A stretch of DNA of 64,000 nucleotides, taken from the NCBI GenBank assembly GCA_036867785.1, contig CP145409.1, forward strand, positions 1,798,001-1,862,000. Direction: 5' to 3'. The DNA comes from Plasmodiophora brassicae (lineage: Eukaryota). The notes under the pieces are model-generated. The model made no database searches and was not told the origin of the DNA. It saw only the letters and a list, made by a program, of their open reading frames with translations. This document shows positions 10,788-21,039 of this stretch, piece by piece. Position 1 is the stretch's first letter, and the number at the start of each line of letters is the position of its first letter. The position numbers were made by a program, and so were the translations under genes.

Positions 10788-13700
10788 TACCAATACACCT
10801 GTTCCATCATGCAACCCCGACCACTTCTTTCCCGAGCCAAGTATGATTTCCGCGTCCACCAACCTCGTCGAGCACTTGGACCGTGTCCTAAGCATAGACG
10901 TGTCCCTTCAACTCGACAATGGCAAGACTGTACAGACGACGGCACTTATCGACTCAGGAGCAACCAACGACTTCATACACTCCGACTTCGCCCGCGCTCA
11001 CAACGTTCCGCTCACCAAGAAACCCGCACCGGTAGATCTGGAGGTAATTGACGGGCGGCGGCTACCGAAGGTGGCGCTGGAAACGGCCCCTGTCCGCCTC
11101 AGTATCGGCAACCACTCCGAATCGATCGTGCTGAACGTAATCGACTCCCCGCGATTCCCGATTATCCTCGGCATGACCTGGCTCTCAAGGCACAACCCGA
11201 GCATTAACTGGACACACCGAACGATGGAGATTACTCGTGTCGCTCAGGACGCCGCGCGCGAACAGAGCGAACCCAAGGAAGCCATCACAGCCCTAACCTT
11301 GCACGACAATGGCGTATTCTCTCAGCAACCAGACCCACCACCTCAAGACCTCTCGCCACCCACACGACACGAACGGCGGTCGAGGGCCCGTGTTGACAGC
11401 GGCAAGGTGCCCTACGCCGTTCCGCTTCCCGGGGATTGGAACCAAGCCCAGAGTCTCAAGCGTTGGCACCACCGCCTCGGCCACCGTAACCTGCGTGACG
11501 TCATCCTGATGGCAAATCATGACCTTACCGAATCCATGGAGATCCTGGCACAGAAGGTTGACAGGTTCTGCGAAGGGTGCGCTATCGCGAAAGCCAAGGA
11601 ACGTCCTTTCCCCTCGGAGTCCAAAGAAAAACAGTGGAACGTGCTCGAGAGAATCGACGTCGACGAATGCGGACCGCTTCCCGTCGCCTCACTCAAAGGG
11701 GAGCGATACTTTATCACGTTCACGGAATTTGCAACCAGGATGAAATTTACCTTCCTGTTGCACCACAAGAACCAGGCGCTGACCAAGTTCAAGGAGCTCA
11801 AGACTCGAATTGAGAATCGCCTGGAGAAATCCATTAAGATCCTCTTCGGCGACAACGATGGGGTATTCATCAACAACGAGTTCAAGGCGTTCTTGCAGGA
11901 CAACGGGATCGAGTGGAGATCAACGGTGGAGTATTCCTCCAAGCAGAACGGTGTCTCCGAACGGGGACACCTGACGCTCATGGACTCCGGTCGCGCAATG
12001 CTCGTACACGCAAGGCTCCCCAAGCAGTTCTGGGGACCCGCAATTCTGACTGCCAGCCAGGTCCATAATCTCTGCCCCCACCCACGCGATCCCTCGACCA
12101 CGCCCCATGAAATGCTGTCGCGCTCGAAACCTGATATCCGCTACCTTAGAACGTTCGGGTGCGACGCATATGGCTACGTCCCGTCCAGCCAGAGAACGAA
12201 GCTGGACCCACGCGCCGTGAAAGGCATCTTCATCGGATATGCAGATCACCAGAAAGGGTACGTCCTCTATCACCCTTCGTCCGGCCTGATCAAGGTGTAC
12301 CGCAGCGTGACGTTCAGCGAAGACAGCTTCGGCGGCCGCAGTGCGGACGACGCCCTCGCCGATCCCGAGGAACCTGAGTCTGGATACGACAGCGACTACG
12401 TTCCCTCCGGTGACGAACCCGCTGTCGAGGGGGCGCAGTCCGCCGCAGGCCCCAATGAGGATCCGCGACCTCCCACCGAACGAGCCCGGCGTCTCTCCCG
12501 CAAGCCAGACCGTTTAGGAGATCCCGTCCACCACGCCTGGATCGCGTCCCTGCAACCTACCAACGACGATCCTATTCACCACATGTGGATAGGTTCCACA
12601 CATCAATGCGACGACGACGATGACGCCGCGCTCAATGCAGATGACCCCGACACTCCAAACACATATGAAGACGCCATGGCAAGTCCCGAGGCAGAGTTCT
12701 GGACTAAGGCGATGGCCGATGAATTGAAGAGCCTGAAACAGCACAAGACATGGGAAGCCGTGGAGCGACTACCCGTCGGGGCACGCCCCATCGGATGCCG
12801 CTGGGTCTACAAGCGCAAGATCACCAAGTCAAGTCAGATCCCGCCGGACACCACCTGGGTTCTCCGCCATGACCCCGACGGTGTCACCTCCTACCGGTAC
12901 AAGGCTCGACTATGCATACTCGGCTACAGACAGCGCCAGGGGATCGACTACACGAACACCTATGCGCCAGTCGTCCGGAGCGACATCCTCCGTCTAGTAC
13001 TAGCCCTGTCCGTCCAAGACAAGGAGATCATCGCCGAGCAGATGGATGTGATGACCGCATTCCTCAACGCCCACCTCACCGAAGAGATCTACATGGACTC
13101 CCCGAAAGGGATGAAGGCCAGAACCCGTTTCGTCAAGCTCCTACGATCGATCTATGGCCTGAAACAGGCCCCAAGAGAATGGTTCAAGGTCATCGACGCC
13201 TTCCTCGTTAACGAATGCGGGTTCCAACGAGCCAAGTCCGCATCGTGCTTGTACTTCAAACGTGGTCCAACTGGACGGCTCGTCATTGTTGGGGTCTACG
13301 TCGATGATATTCCCATCGTCGGACATCCCGAACTCGTACAGGAAACCAAGTCAGCCCTCTCGAAGAGATTCAAGATGTCGGACATGGGAGAGCTTCAATC
13401 AGTCATTGGCTTCGACGTCGATAGACAAGGTAGATCGGTGTTCCTGTCGCAAGAACGCTACACGAAAACTATCCTCGACACCTACGGCATGGCCGAATCG
13501 CGCCCCGTCTCGACACCGGCAGATGCGAACTTGAAGTTATCCACATCACTGTGCCCGCAGAACCAGGCCGATCGCGAACTTGCCGCCTTAGAAGGCCAGC
13601 GCATCAACTATCGAGCAGCGGTAGGTCACCTAATGTGGCTGCTGCACACCCGGCCAGACATCGCCTATGCGGTGAACGAGGTCTCCCGATACGTGCAAGA

Positions 13701-14367
13701 CCCAGGGCCAGCGCACTTCGTCGCGCTGAAGCGAGTCTTCAGGTACCTCAACGGCACTCGCAACTACGGCCTCCTGTTCGAAGGAGGTGGGGAAACGGCC
13801 ACACCGCTCCTGGTCGGCTACTCCGATTCTGATTGGGGTGGAGACCTCGACACACGACGATCGACTTCGGGGTGCGTGTTCCTTCTGAATGGCTGCCCGG
13901 TTTCATTTCGCTCTAAGAAGCAGACCACGGTCGCGTTATCGTCGTGCGAGGCGGAGACGGTGGCGTCAACACTCGCGGCAACAGAAGGCGTCTGGTTGCG
14001 CAATGTGCTGGACGAACTAGGTTTTCCACAAGCTCAGCCTACACCTCTACACGTAGACAATCAGGGGGCGATCGCGTTCGCCAACAGCGAAATCAACCAC
14101 AGCAAGATGAAACATCTCGCGCTCAAGGACCACTTCGTCAGAGAACTGGTGGCATCCAACCAGATCAAGGTGCACTACGTCCGCTCGTGCGAGAACCTCG
14201 CCGACATCTTCACGAAACCGCTCGGAAAGCACAAGTTCGTAGAATTCCGTGCGGCCCTCAAGTGCGTACCGCATCCCCACATGAACTTGGACTCTCAGGT
14301 CGAGGGGGGGAATCGGGACACTGGTGCGACCTCGAGTCCGCAGAGTGCCTTAGATCAGCAATCATAG
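10741..14367 (+). CDS. pol: Pol (by frameshift): aspartic protease, GAG-pre-integrase/HHCC, rve integrase, Copia-type RT, RNase H
   Basis: ALIDSGAT...IILGMTWLSRHNPSINW; WHHRLGH..CEGC; DECGP/GDND/QNGVSER; GYADHQKGY; YKARL..GIDYTNTYAPV; QMDVMTAFLN; YGLKQAPREW; YVDDI; DSDWGGD; ADIFTKPL. Stop lies inside the 3' LTR. Confidence 0.93.
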   Translation, partial: GKRLPAWLKSRSVATPTNTPVPSCNPDHFFPEPSMISASTNLVEHLDRVLSIDVSLQLDNGKTVQTTALIDSGATNDFIHSDFARAHNVPLTKKPAPVDLEVIDGRRLPKVALETAPVRLSIGNHSESIVLNVIDSPRFPIILGMTWLSRHNPSINWTHRTMEITRVAQDAAREQSEPKEAITALTLHDNGVFSQQPDPPPQDLSPPTRHERRSRARVDSGKVPYAVPLPGDWNQAQSLKRWHHRLGHRNLRDVILMANHDLTESMEILAQKVDRFCEGCAIAKAKERPFPSESKEKQWNVLERIDVDECGPLPVASLKGERYFITFTEFATRMKFTFLLHHKNQALTKFKELKTRIENRLEKSIKILFGDNDGVFINNEFKAFLQDNGIEWRSTVEYSSKQNGVSERGHLTLMDSGRAMLVHARLPKQFWGPAILTASQVHNLCPHPRDPSTTPHEMLSRSKPDIRYLRTFGCDAYGYVPSSQRTKLDPRAVKGIFIGYADHQKGYVLYHPSSGLIKVYRSVTFSEDSFGGRSADDALADPEEPESGYDSDYVPSGDEPAVEGAQSAAGPNEDPRPPTERARRLSRKPDRLGDPVHHAWIASLQPTNDDPIHHMWIGSTHQCDDDDDAALNADDPDTPNTYEDAMASPEAEFWTKAMADELKSLKQHKTWEAVERLPVGARPIGCRWVYKRKITKSSQIPPDTTWVLRHDPDGVTSYRYKARLCILGYRQRQGIDYTNTYAPVVRSDILRLVLALSVQDKEIIAEQMDVMTAFLNAHLTEEIYMDSPKGMKARTRFVKLLRSIYGLKQAPREWFKVIDAFLVNECGFQRAKSASCLYFKRGPTGRLVIVGVYVDDIPIVGHPELVQETKSALSKRFKMSDMGELQSVIGFDVDRQGRSVFLSQERYTKTILDTYGMAESRPVSTPADANLKLSTSLCPQNQADRELAALEGQRINYRAAVGHLMWLLHTRPDIAYAVNEVSRYVQDPGPAHFVALKRVFRYLNGTRNYGLLFEGGGETATPLLVGYSDSDWGGDLDTRRSTSGCVFLLNGCPVSFRSKKQTTVALSSCEAETVASTLAATEGVWLRNVLDELGFPQAQPTPLHVDNQGAIAFANSEINHSKMKHLALKDHFVRELVASNQIKVHYVRSCENLADIFTKPLGKHKFVEFRAALKCVPHPHMNLDSQVEGGNRDTGATSSPQSALDQQS

Positions 14368-14478
14368 GGCGCCTCCCACATATACCGCGCAACACTGCCG
14401 TACGGCGTCCGTGGCGCACCAATCATACATTCTGCTATCTGGCCTTGTCTGGTCTTGTCCGTGTCCTGCGTGTTAATT
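14311..14478 (+). repeat. 3' LTR (168 bp)
   Basis: Identical to the 5' LTR and preceded by a G-rich polypurine tract. Confidence 0.95.
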
Positions 14479-14614
14479 AGGTTCTTCACGATCGATTGCG
14501 CTCTCGTAGTGGCTTCAGGCTTGACGCCATTCCAGATTCTGATCGCGAATCTGACAGCCGTACCCCCGCCCAGATTCGAACGCGTTCTCAGGCACGCGGT
14601 GCCGGTCGTATCCA

Positions 14615-15729
14615 ATGACGACGACACTGGATGGCGTCCTATTGGCTCGACATTACACGCATTGCCACCGGGTCGGGGGCTTCATTGTCAGCCACCCGGT
14701 CGACCCGAAGGCCCCCCGGGCGTCCGTCGTGATCCCACCGCTTCGGGTGCCATCGCCTCCACCAGTCCCCCGGTACGAACGACTGGCACAGGTGCCGCCG
14801 CATCGTCAGCATCGCACCGAGCCGATCCAGTTGGGGGCCTTGACCTCTCGCCTATGTCGGGGACTGGATACCACACCACGACCAGGTTCCCCTAGACGGT
14901 TACCACCTCCGTCGCCTCGTCGACCCATTCCCGCGGATCGACGACGTGCTCAACTGTCGAACGCGACTCGGCACGTTGCCCTCGTCGGTGGGACGCCAAC
15001 CTCACACTGGGTGCGTTCGAAATGGATGCACGCAGGCGATAGGGGCGGGCGCAGGAAGGACGATGGGCCAGAGTCGGAGAAGCGCATCTCGAAGATCCAT
15101 GGGTTCCTGTCGCAACGCGATATCAAGGCATTGCTGAAGCAGACGAACTACAGCAGGAGGGAGATGTACGTGCTGTACGTTCGGTTTAAGGCGTTGTGCT
15201 CCATGTCGCCGTTCTCGCATGGCATCGACAAGCAGACGTTCAAGACGGGGGTCGCGCGCCTCGCCGTGGAGGACGACCTTTTCGTCGACCGGGTGTTCGA
15301 TCTTGTTGATGAGGTCGGTAGTATTATGCTGCTATGCTTGTCTAAGGTCAACATGCGGTGGTTCAGGATGGATCCGGATGCATTGAATGGCCCGAGTTCC
15401 TGGCGTCGCTGGCCGCGCTGGAGAAGGGCAATCCGAGCCAGAAGATGACGTTCTTTCTCAGGACGTACGATTTGGATGGGGACGGGTTTATATCGAAGCA
15501 AGACTTGTACACCATGTTCCTGTCCAGCTGCATGTTGAAACCGGATGAGGTTACCCTGGACCTCGTGCAAAGTTACGTCGAGCGCCTGTTCGGCACGGTC
15601 AACGCGTCGTCGAAGGACAAACTCTCGCTTCAGGACATTGTCTCCTTCATGGAGTCGTCGAACAGCAAGGAAGACGTCTGGGGTCTCTTCGGTCGCTCCA
15701 TGCTTCGCGATTTCGGCGGGGAATCATGA
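14615..15729 (+). CDS. EF-hand calcium sensor (calcineurin B/NCS-like); intron ~15314-15367; start uncertain
   Basis: TNYSRREMYVLYVRFKAL, FVDRVFDLVDE|DGSGCIEWPEF, YDLDGDGFISKQDL. Confidence 0.8.
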
Positions 15730-15990
15730 AACAGTCTCATACAGCCTGTCGATTAACGTATCCAGACGAGTGATCAGGCGTCATCGGTCGGGTTTCTGAA
15801 TTAAGAAATCGAATCCCGCAATTGAACCGACTTGCATTCCAAGTGTCAGCACCGACGTCGTCGTACAATATGATCAGGCATGCGCCTAGTTGCTGGCATC
15901 GCGCCTTCCATTCGAAATGGTTTACTTTCCTATGTGAACGTATAGCCCGGTAGGCGTCTGCCGTCATCCACGATCTGCTGACCTAACCAG

Positions 15991-16851
15991 TTACCAGCTA
16001 GGGGGCGTCAACCATTGGGAGAAGACCCTGTCGAAATAAGCCTCCAGGTTCCAGTCGACGCCTGCCAGATCCACTATGCAGCGCAATGGGATATCGCATC
16101 GGCACAGCGGGCAAGTACGGTGAATCAGTAGCCAGTGGATGATGCATCCTGTGTGAAACTGGTCATGGCCACAGTCCAAGCTCGTGGCAGCACCTCCGTC
16201 CGACTCGGAGCAGATGACGCATCTGGAAGTGGCAAGATGAGTACACGAATAAAAGCACAAGGAACAATGCGACTTACTCGATGCCTGGAGCCAAGGCCAT
16301 GGGCTGCCTCACAGTCCCTATCTGCAGGGCGGTTTCTCCCGTTCCAGGTACTGGTATAGTCACTCCGACGGCAACAATGAACAGGGGCATTTCGAGACAA
16401 TAGTAGGCGGCTTCAACAAGCTGCGTTATCATGTCAGGCGGTTGTGCCCAGCTGAGTTTGTCCAGGATCCATCGTCTGGTAACTTCGAGCTCCTGTTGAT
16501 AGGGACACAAGTGATCTCCCGTTAAGAATATATACGCGGCGTCAGGCAATATTGTTGACATACATAATTATGCACTTCTGCCATGTACTGCACGAGCACA
16601 TCACACGCTTCATGATTGGGATTGTGCATGTGTAGAACCATTATGCTCGAGCCACTAATGCCATTAAAGGAATATACCAATTCACGAAGCACTTCCGAGT
16701 GCATTACGGCAAGATCGTCTCGTAGGTAATAAACGCCGCCGTCGTTGATTTTGAAAGAAATAGCTTCGCCAAATCCTTCGAGATGGACGATCAGGAGCAG
16801 GGAGAGCAGGACAGGCTTGAGACGGCAGGTCAAATGGTGGTCGTTTGACAT
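15991..16851 (-). CDS. signal peptide + SKP1/POZ-like + RING-H2 protein, copy 2 (introns 16493-16563 and 16223-16277)
   Basis: Paralogue of 7930-8789 with the same leader, QLVEAAYYCLEMPLF, CVIC...CGHDQFHTGC...CPLC and the same intron positions. Confidence 0.8.
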
Positions 16852-18375
16852 TTCGGTCCTTCCCTTCTTGATATCGTGGACAGCGCACGCTGCTCGTCCC
16901 ACCTGGGCGATCCCTGATTGCCAGTCAATCCAAACTGATGGTTTTGGCCGCAAGCCGAGGGTCGGAGTGCGATGGAGCGCGCAGAGGTTTTGCTATTAAT
17001 AGTTCGGCCGGTCCCCACTCACGGCATGGGCAACTAAATCGCGCTGCGGAGTCCGTAAACACCGAAAGTCCGGAGACATCGAGAATGATCCGACGCATTC
17101 ACTGGGCCACTTGCATTCCTATGAGCTCGAAGGGGTGCTGGAGAATCAATCACCCCAGCCAGTTCGTCCTAGCATCTTATGGCCTAGACGGAGAATGGTT
17201 GAAACAATGGAGTTATAGCGACCAGACGGGGACTGGTTGAAACGTGTGTAGAGCGGGGCTCAATATTTAGCGTCTCGTGCCCGACCTCAAGTTGCTGCTG
17301 TCCTGGGGAAAGGGGCCTGAACGGATTTAGCTCTACGGTGATGACGTGGCATGGCCGACGCCGAGGATGGGATGGGATGAAGATATTGGCTCGAGAGTCT
17401 GAACTACAAGTGGAGTAGCGACCAGACGGGGACTGGTTGAAACAGTGGAATAGCGGCCAGTGAATAAACGCCCACCGTAACCGTTGGCCTCGGCAGACGG
17501 TTAATCCGTGTGGTGGAGATATTATTGTCGTCTCTCTTTGAGCCCGCACTCGAATTCTTGCCCTGACCTGTACGTGACACTGTCCTATAGCAGATTTTAT
17601 TGAACAGATGAAACGGATGCAGTCCACACCGCGCTATCAGAATCATAGAGGGCTCTGCGACTGATTCGGATTCGCTGTATTGCGAACGAAGTCGTATATA
17701 TGTTCACGTCCAACGTCGCTTCCATGTCGAACCTACATTCCTTGGGTTGTCCAAGACGAACAATTGGGCCCCAGCAAGCGCAACCAGACTGGCTGTAGAG
17801 GTAGGATGTACTACAGATATGTCCCGTTATCCGCTTGTGCTTGGTGTGCGAAGCCAACACAGTTGTTGTAGGTGCCTGCCTTCTTTATATATGGTAATCG
17901 TTCTTCAGCCGCCAGCAAACGCGTGCAACAGCGCTCTCCACGACCCGCGGCTAGCCGTTGAAGGATATCTACATCCCGTTTGCACATTCAAAACGGTCGA
18001 TGGTGTCGTCAGTTCATCGCCCGATGCAATTAGGCCGTCTAGAATCAAAGTGACCCAGCCAGAGCGCAACCTGACCGGCTGCACGACCTGCTGGCTTCCA
18101 ATTGTTCGTTCTGGGCAACATGAGGAATCAGCGAAGCAGGTCGTCGGCTCGTCGCACAAAAACGCGTCCGGCACTGCTGCTCCATCTTGTCCACCCCGTG
18201 AGTGTGACCGTGTGCGACTTTTTTTGTCGTTTCTAGATCCGTCTGGTTGAGTTCTGGGAGCGGAAACTGTCTGGCGGTGTGCAGTCTGAATTTTCGCTCG
18301 TCCAAGAGCGGAGCGGGTCCGGGTTCAGGTCGATCGCGGCACGGGTGGGGTGGGGTGCACCGTCGTTCACGACAA

Positions 18376-19804
18376 ATGCAGCGCGCAGCGATCCGCGCTG
18401 GACGCTGGGCAGTTCGCGTACGGCCGTCTCAGCAGGTGTGGTGACGCGGCCGTCGACGTCGTCGACTCTGACGCCCGCAAATGCAGTCGGGCGCCCAGGT
18501 GCGGTTCCTGAACATCCACGAGTATCTGTCGCACGATATTCTTCGGAAATTCTCGGTGCCGACTGCGAATGGATTCCCAGCGCGCACGCCAGAGGAGGCT
18601 GCTGAGGCCGCCAGGAAGATCGGCGGCAAGGATTTCGTCGTCAAGGCCCAGGTGTTGGCGGGCGGCCGCGGCAAAGGCCGGTTCACAAATGGATTCGAAG
18701 GTGGTGTCCACGCTGCCAACTCGTAAGGCGGTTTCCGTTAGATGGGTTGCCTTGCCCGGCGACTGATGCGGGCATAGGCCCGGACAGGTGCGAGACCTGG
18801 CGGCAAAGATGCTCGGACAGCATCTGGTGACGAAGCAGACCGATTCGAAAGGGCGCCCCGTTGATATCGTATACGTCGTTGAGCGCCTTTTCATCCGACG
18901 AGAATGCTACTTCGCCATTCTGCTCGATCGATCAGCGAACGGTCCCGTGCTGGTTGCCAGCCCGAAGGGTGGCATGGACATCGAGAAGGTTGCCGCAGAG
19001 ACGCCCGACTTCATCTTCAAGGCCGCCGTTGACGACCTCGAGGCCGGGCCGACGGACGACCAGTTGAGCACGCTCGCCGCAGGCATGGGGTTTTCTGAAG
19101 AGAACAGCCTGGATGAGGCCAAGAAGGTGATGTCGTCGCTTTACCAACTGTTCCGGAAGACGGATGCCACGCTGGTCGAGATCAACCCGTTGTGCGAGAC
19201 GCATGACGGCCGTGTTCGCTGCACGGACGCCAAGCTCAACTTCGATGACAACGCCGAATACCGCCAGAAGGAGATCTTCGAGTTGCGCGATCGGAAGCAG
19301 GAGGACCCTCGCGAGGTCATGGCCAGCGAGTATGGGCTGAACTACATTGGACTGGACGGCAACATCGGGTGCCTGGTCAACGGCGCCGGTCTGGCGATGG
19401 CGACGATGGACATCATCAAGTTGCAGGGCGGGTCGCCCGCCAACTTCCTCGATCTCGGTGGCGGTGCAACCGAACGTACGGTCACGAAAGCGTTCGAGAT
19501 CCTAAACATGGACCAGCGGGTCGAAGCCATCCTTGTGAACATCTTTGGTGGCATCATGAAATGCGACGTCATTGCCCTGGGCCTGATCGCTGCCGTCACG
19601 ACGACCGACATGAAGAAGCCGCTCGTCGTCCGCCTGGAGGGCACCAACGTCGACGAAGCCAAGAAGCTGATCGAAGACAGTGGTCTGCGAATGATGACGT
19701 GCGATGATCTGGAGGACGCCGCCCGCAAGGCCGTTCGCGTTGCCGAGATCGTCAGGATGGCGCGCGACGTCCATATCGACGTGAAGTTCGAACTGCCGCT
19801 CTAG
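18376..19804 (+). CDS. succinyl-CoA ligase beta subunit, mitochondrial (introns ~18437-18487 and ~18723-18778)
   Basis: Arg-rich transit peptide, [53 protein letters not shown]. Confidence 0.95.
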
Positions 19805-19888
19805 GGGCAGGCCGACCATCGCTGAGCAGATCAGTACAGGAGCAACAGTGCCATTGGTATCTGGAGGCGTGTGCCACCCATTCAGGGC

Positions 19889-20857
19889 ATGTCGTCGTTC
19901 GACGACATACTACGCGCTGCCCGACAGGCACGGTCCAGGCTGAGTCCCAGCCAGGTCAGCACGTACGAGGAGCGCGTCTGCTCGCGAATCGACTTGCTGC
20001 AGCATGTCCTCGTTCGAACAGGGGACGGCAACTTGCAATTCGCCGACGACATGAGGGAGACGGCCCGCCAGGCGGTCGAACAGATCGCACGCGTCTCCGA
20101 CCTCGACGATCCGGTGGCGGCGGCCGACTACGGCCTGCTCCTTGTGCATCTGCTTCTGCAGGCTCAGTCCGATCGCAACCTTCACGGGACGGGCGCCCTG
20201 GGGTGCGTTCGTGAACAGCTTGACTGGACGACGACAATGCCATCAACACCACCACCGCCACCACCGCCTCGAGAACCTGTTGCCCGGGCTCGTCCCCCTG
20301 CAATACGAACTGTTGCCGTCCCAACGCCGGCTCAGGCGGAGACGACCCTCTCGACAGGGCGGTCCACGACGGACGCAGACGAACTGGCGGCGATTCGCGT
20401 TATTCTTGAGCGCATGCAACGACAACAGGATGCCATACTTGCCCGGATCGATCAGCTGTCCGCGACGAACAGACTCGCCCAGCCAGACGTAGCAACAAGC
20501 GCGCCAGTTGTAAAGGACGACGACGACACGGTGCCCGAGAAGCACTCCGATCTCGATATCGAGGCGCCGCAGGACCATACCGATTGCGCTTGCGAGACAA
20601 TAGGCGGCAGCTTGGCTCGGGAATGGCCCGACTGCTGCGACGCCGAGCGCGATGACTGGCACAGGTTCGAGCATCGCGTCGGCCAGGCGCACCGCACCTT
20701 CTGCGACTACGTCGACACGCGCGCCCGCACCCTGCAACGACGCGGCATCTGCGACCTGTGCGACCTGGAGCGCTGGCGATCCGTCGACAGCCGCCCCACG
20801 CTGCACGACGGCGGCTGGGGGCCGTACCCCTCGTCGTCGTACTACGCCTGCCTCTAG
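19889..20857 (+). CDS. hypothetical protein
   Basis: ~320-aa ORF with coding-like composition, a Pro-rich linker and a coiled coil. Confidence 0.55.
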   Translation: MSSFDDILRAARQARSRLSPSQVSTYEERVCSRIDLLQHVLVRTGDGNLQFADDMRETARQAVEQIARVSDLDDPVAAADYGLLLVHLLLQAQSDRNLHGTGALGCVREQLDWTTTMPSTPPPPPPPREPVARARPPAIRTVAVPTPAQAETTLSTGRSTTDADELAAIRVILERMQRQQDAILARIDQLSATNRLAQPDVATSAPVVKDDDDTVPEKHSDLDIEAPQDHTDCACETIGGSLAREWPDCCDAERDDWHRFEHRVGQAHRTFCDYVDTRARTLQRRGICDLCDLERWRSVDSRPTLHDGGWGPYPSSSYYACL

Positions 20858-21039
20858 CAAACTCAATACATGTGGCGAATGAGTAGGTCAAATCGTGGGT
20901 GCGGGGGGTGTGGGTCAGCAGTCGGCACGCCGCTGCCGCAGTGTTGCCCCGCCAGTGGGAGCTACATCTCGTGCCTGCCACGGAGAAACGGGTGCAGCTC
21001 TGACGGGGTCGCCCGCCCGTCGCCATTTCATTCGGCTAA

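Larger units (their letters stand above)
9446..14478 (+). mobile_element. intact LTR retrotransposon (5033 bp): Gypsy-type gag-PR plus Copia-type IN-RT-RH
   Basis: Identical 168-bp LTRs, 5-bp TSD AGGTT (9441-9445 and 14479-14483), PBS at 9614, PPT GAGGGGGGG at 14302-14310, uninterrupted gag and pol ORFs. Confidence 0.97.

Noticed and set aside
9446-14478. Nested Copia-into-Gypsy insertion as the explanation for mixed domains
   Set aside because: No internal LTR, TSD or stop is visible at the junction. PR to RNase H is one frame and only one LTR pair exists.
17450-18300. ORFs such as 17747-18250
   Set aside because: No recognisable motifs or coding bias; treated as intergenic.
20895-21039. 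1054-aa ORF start for the RAP protein
   Set aside because: The N-terminal part looks non-coding. A spliced start at 21040 gives an in-frame transit-peptide-like leader.
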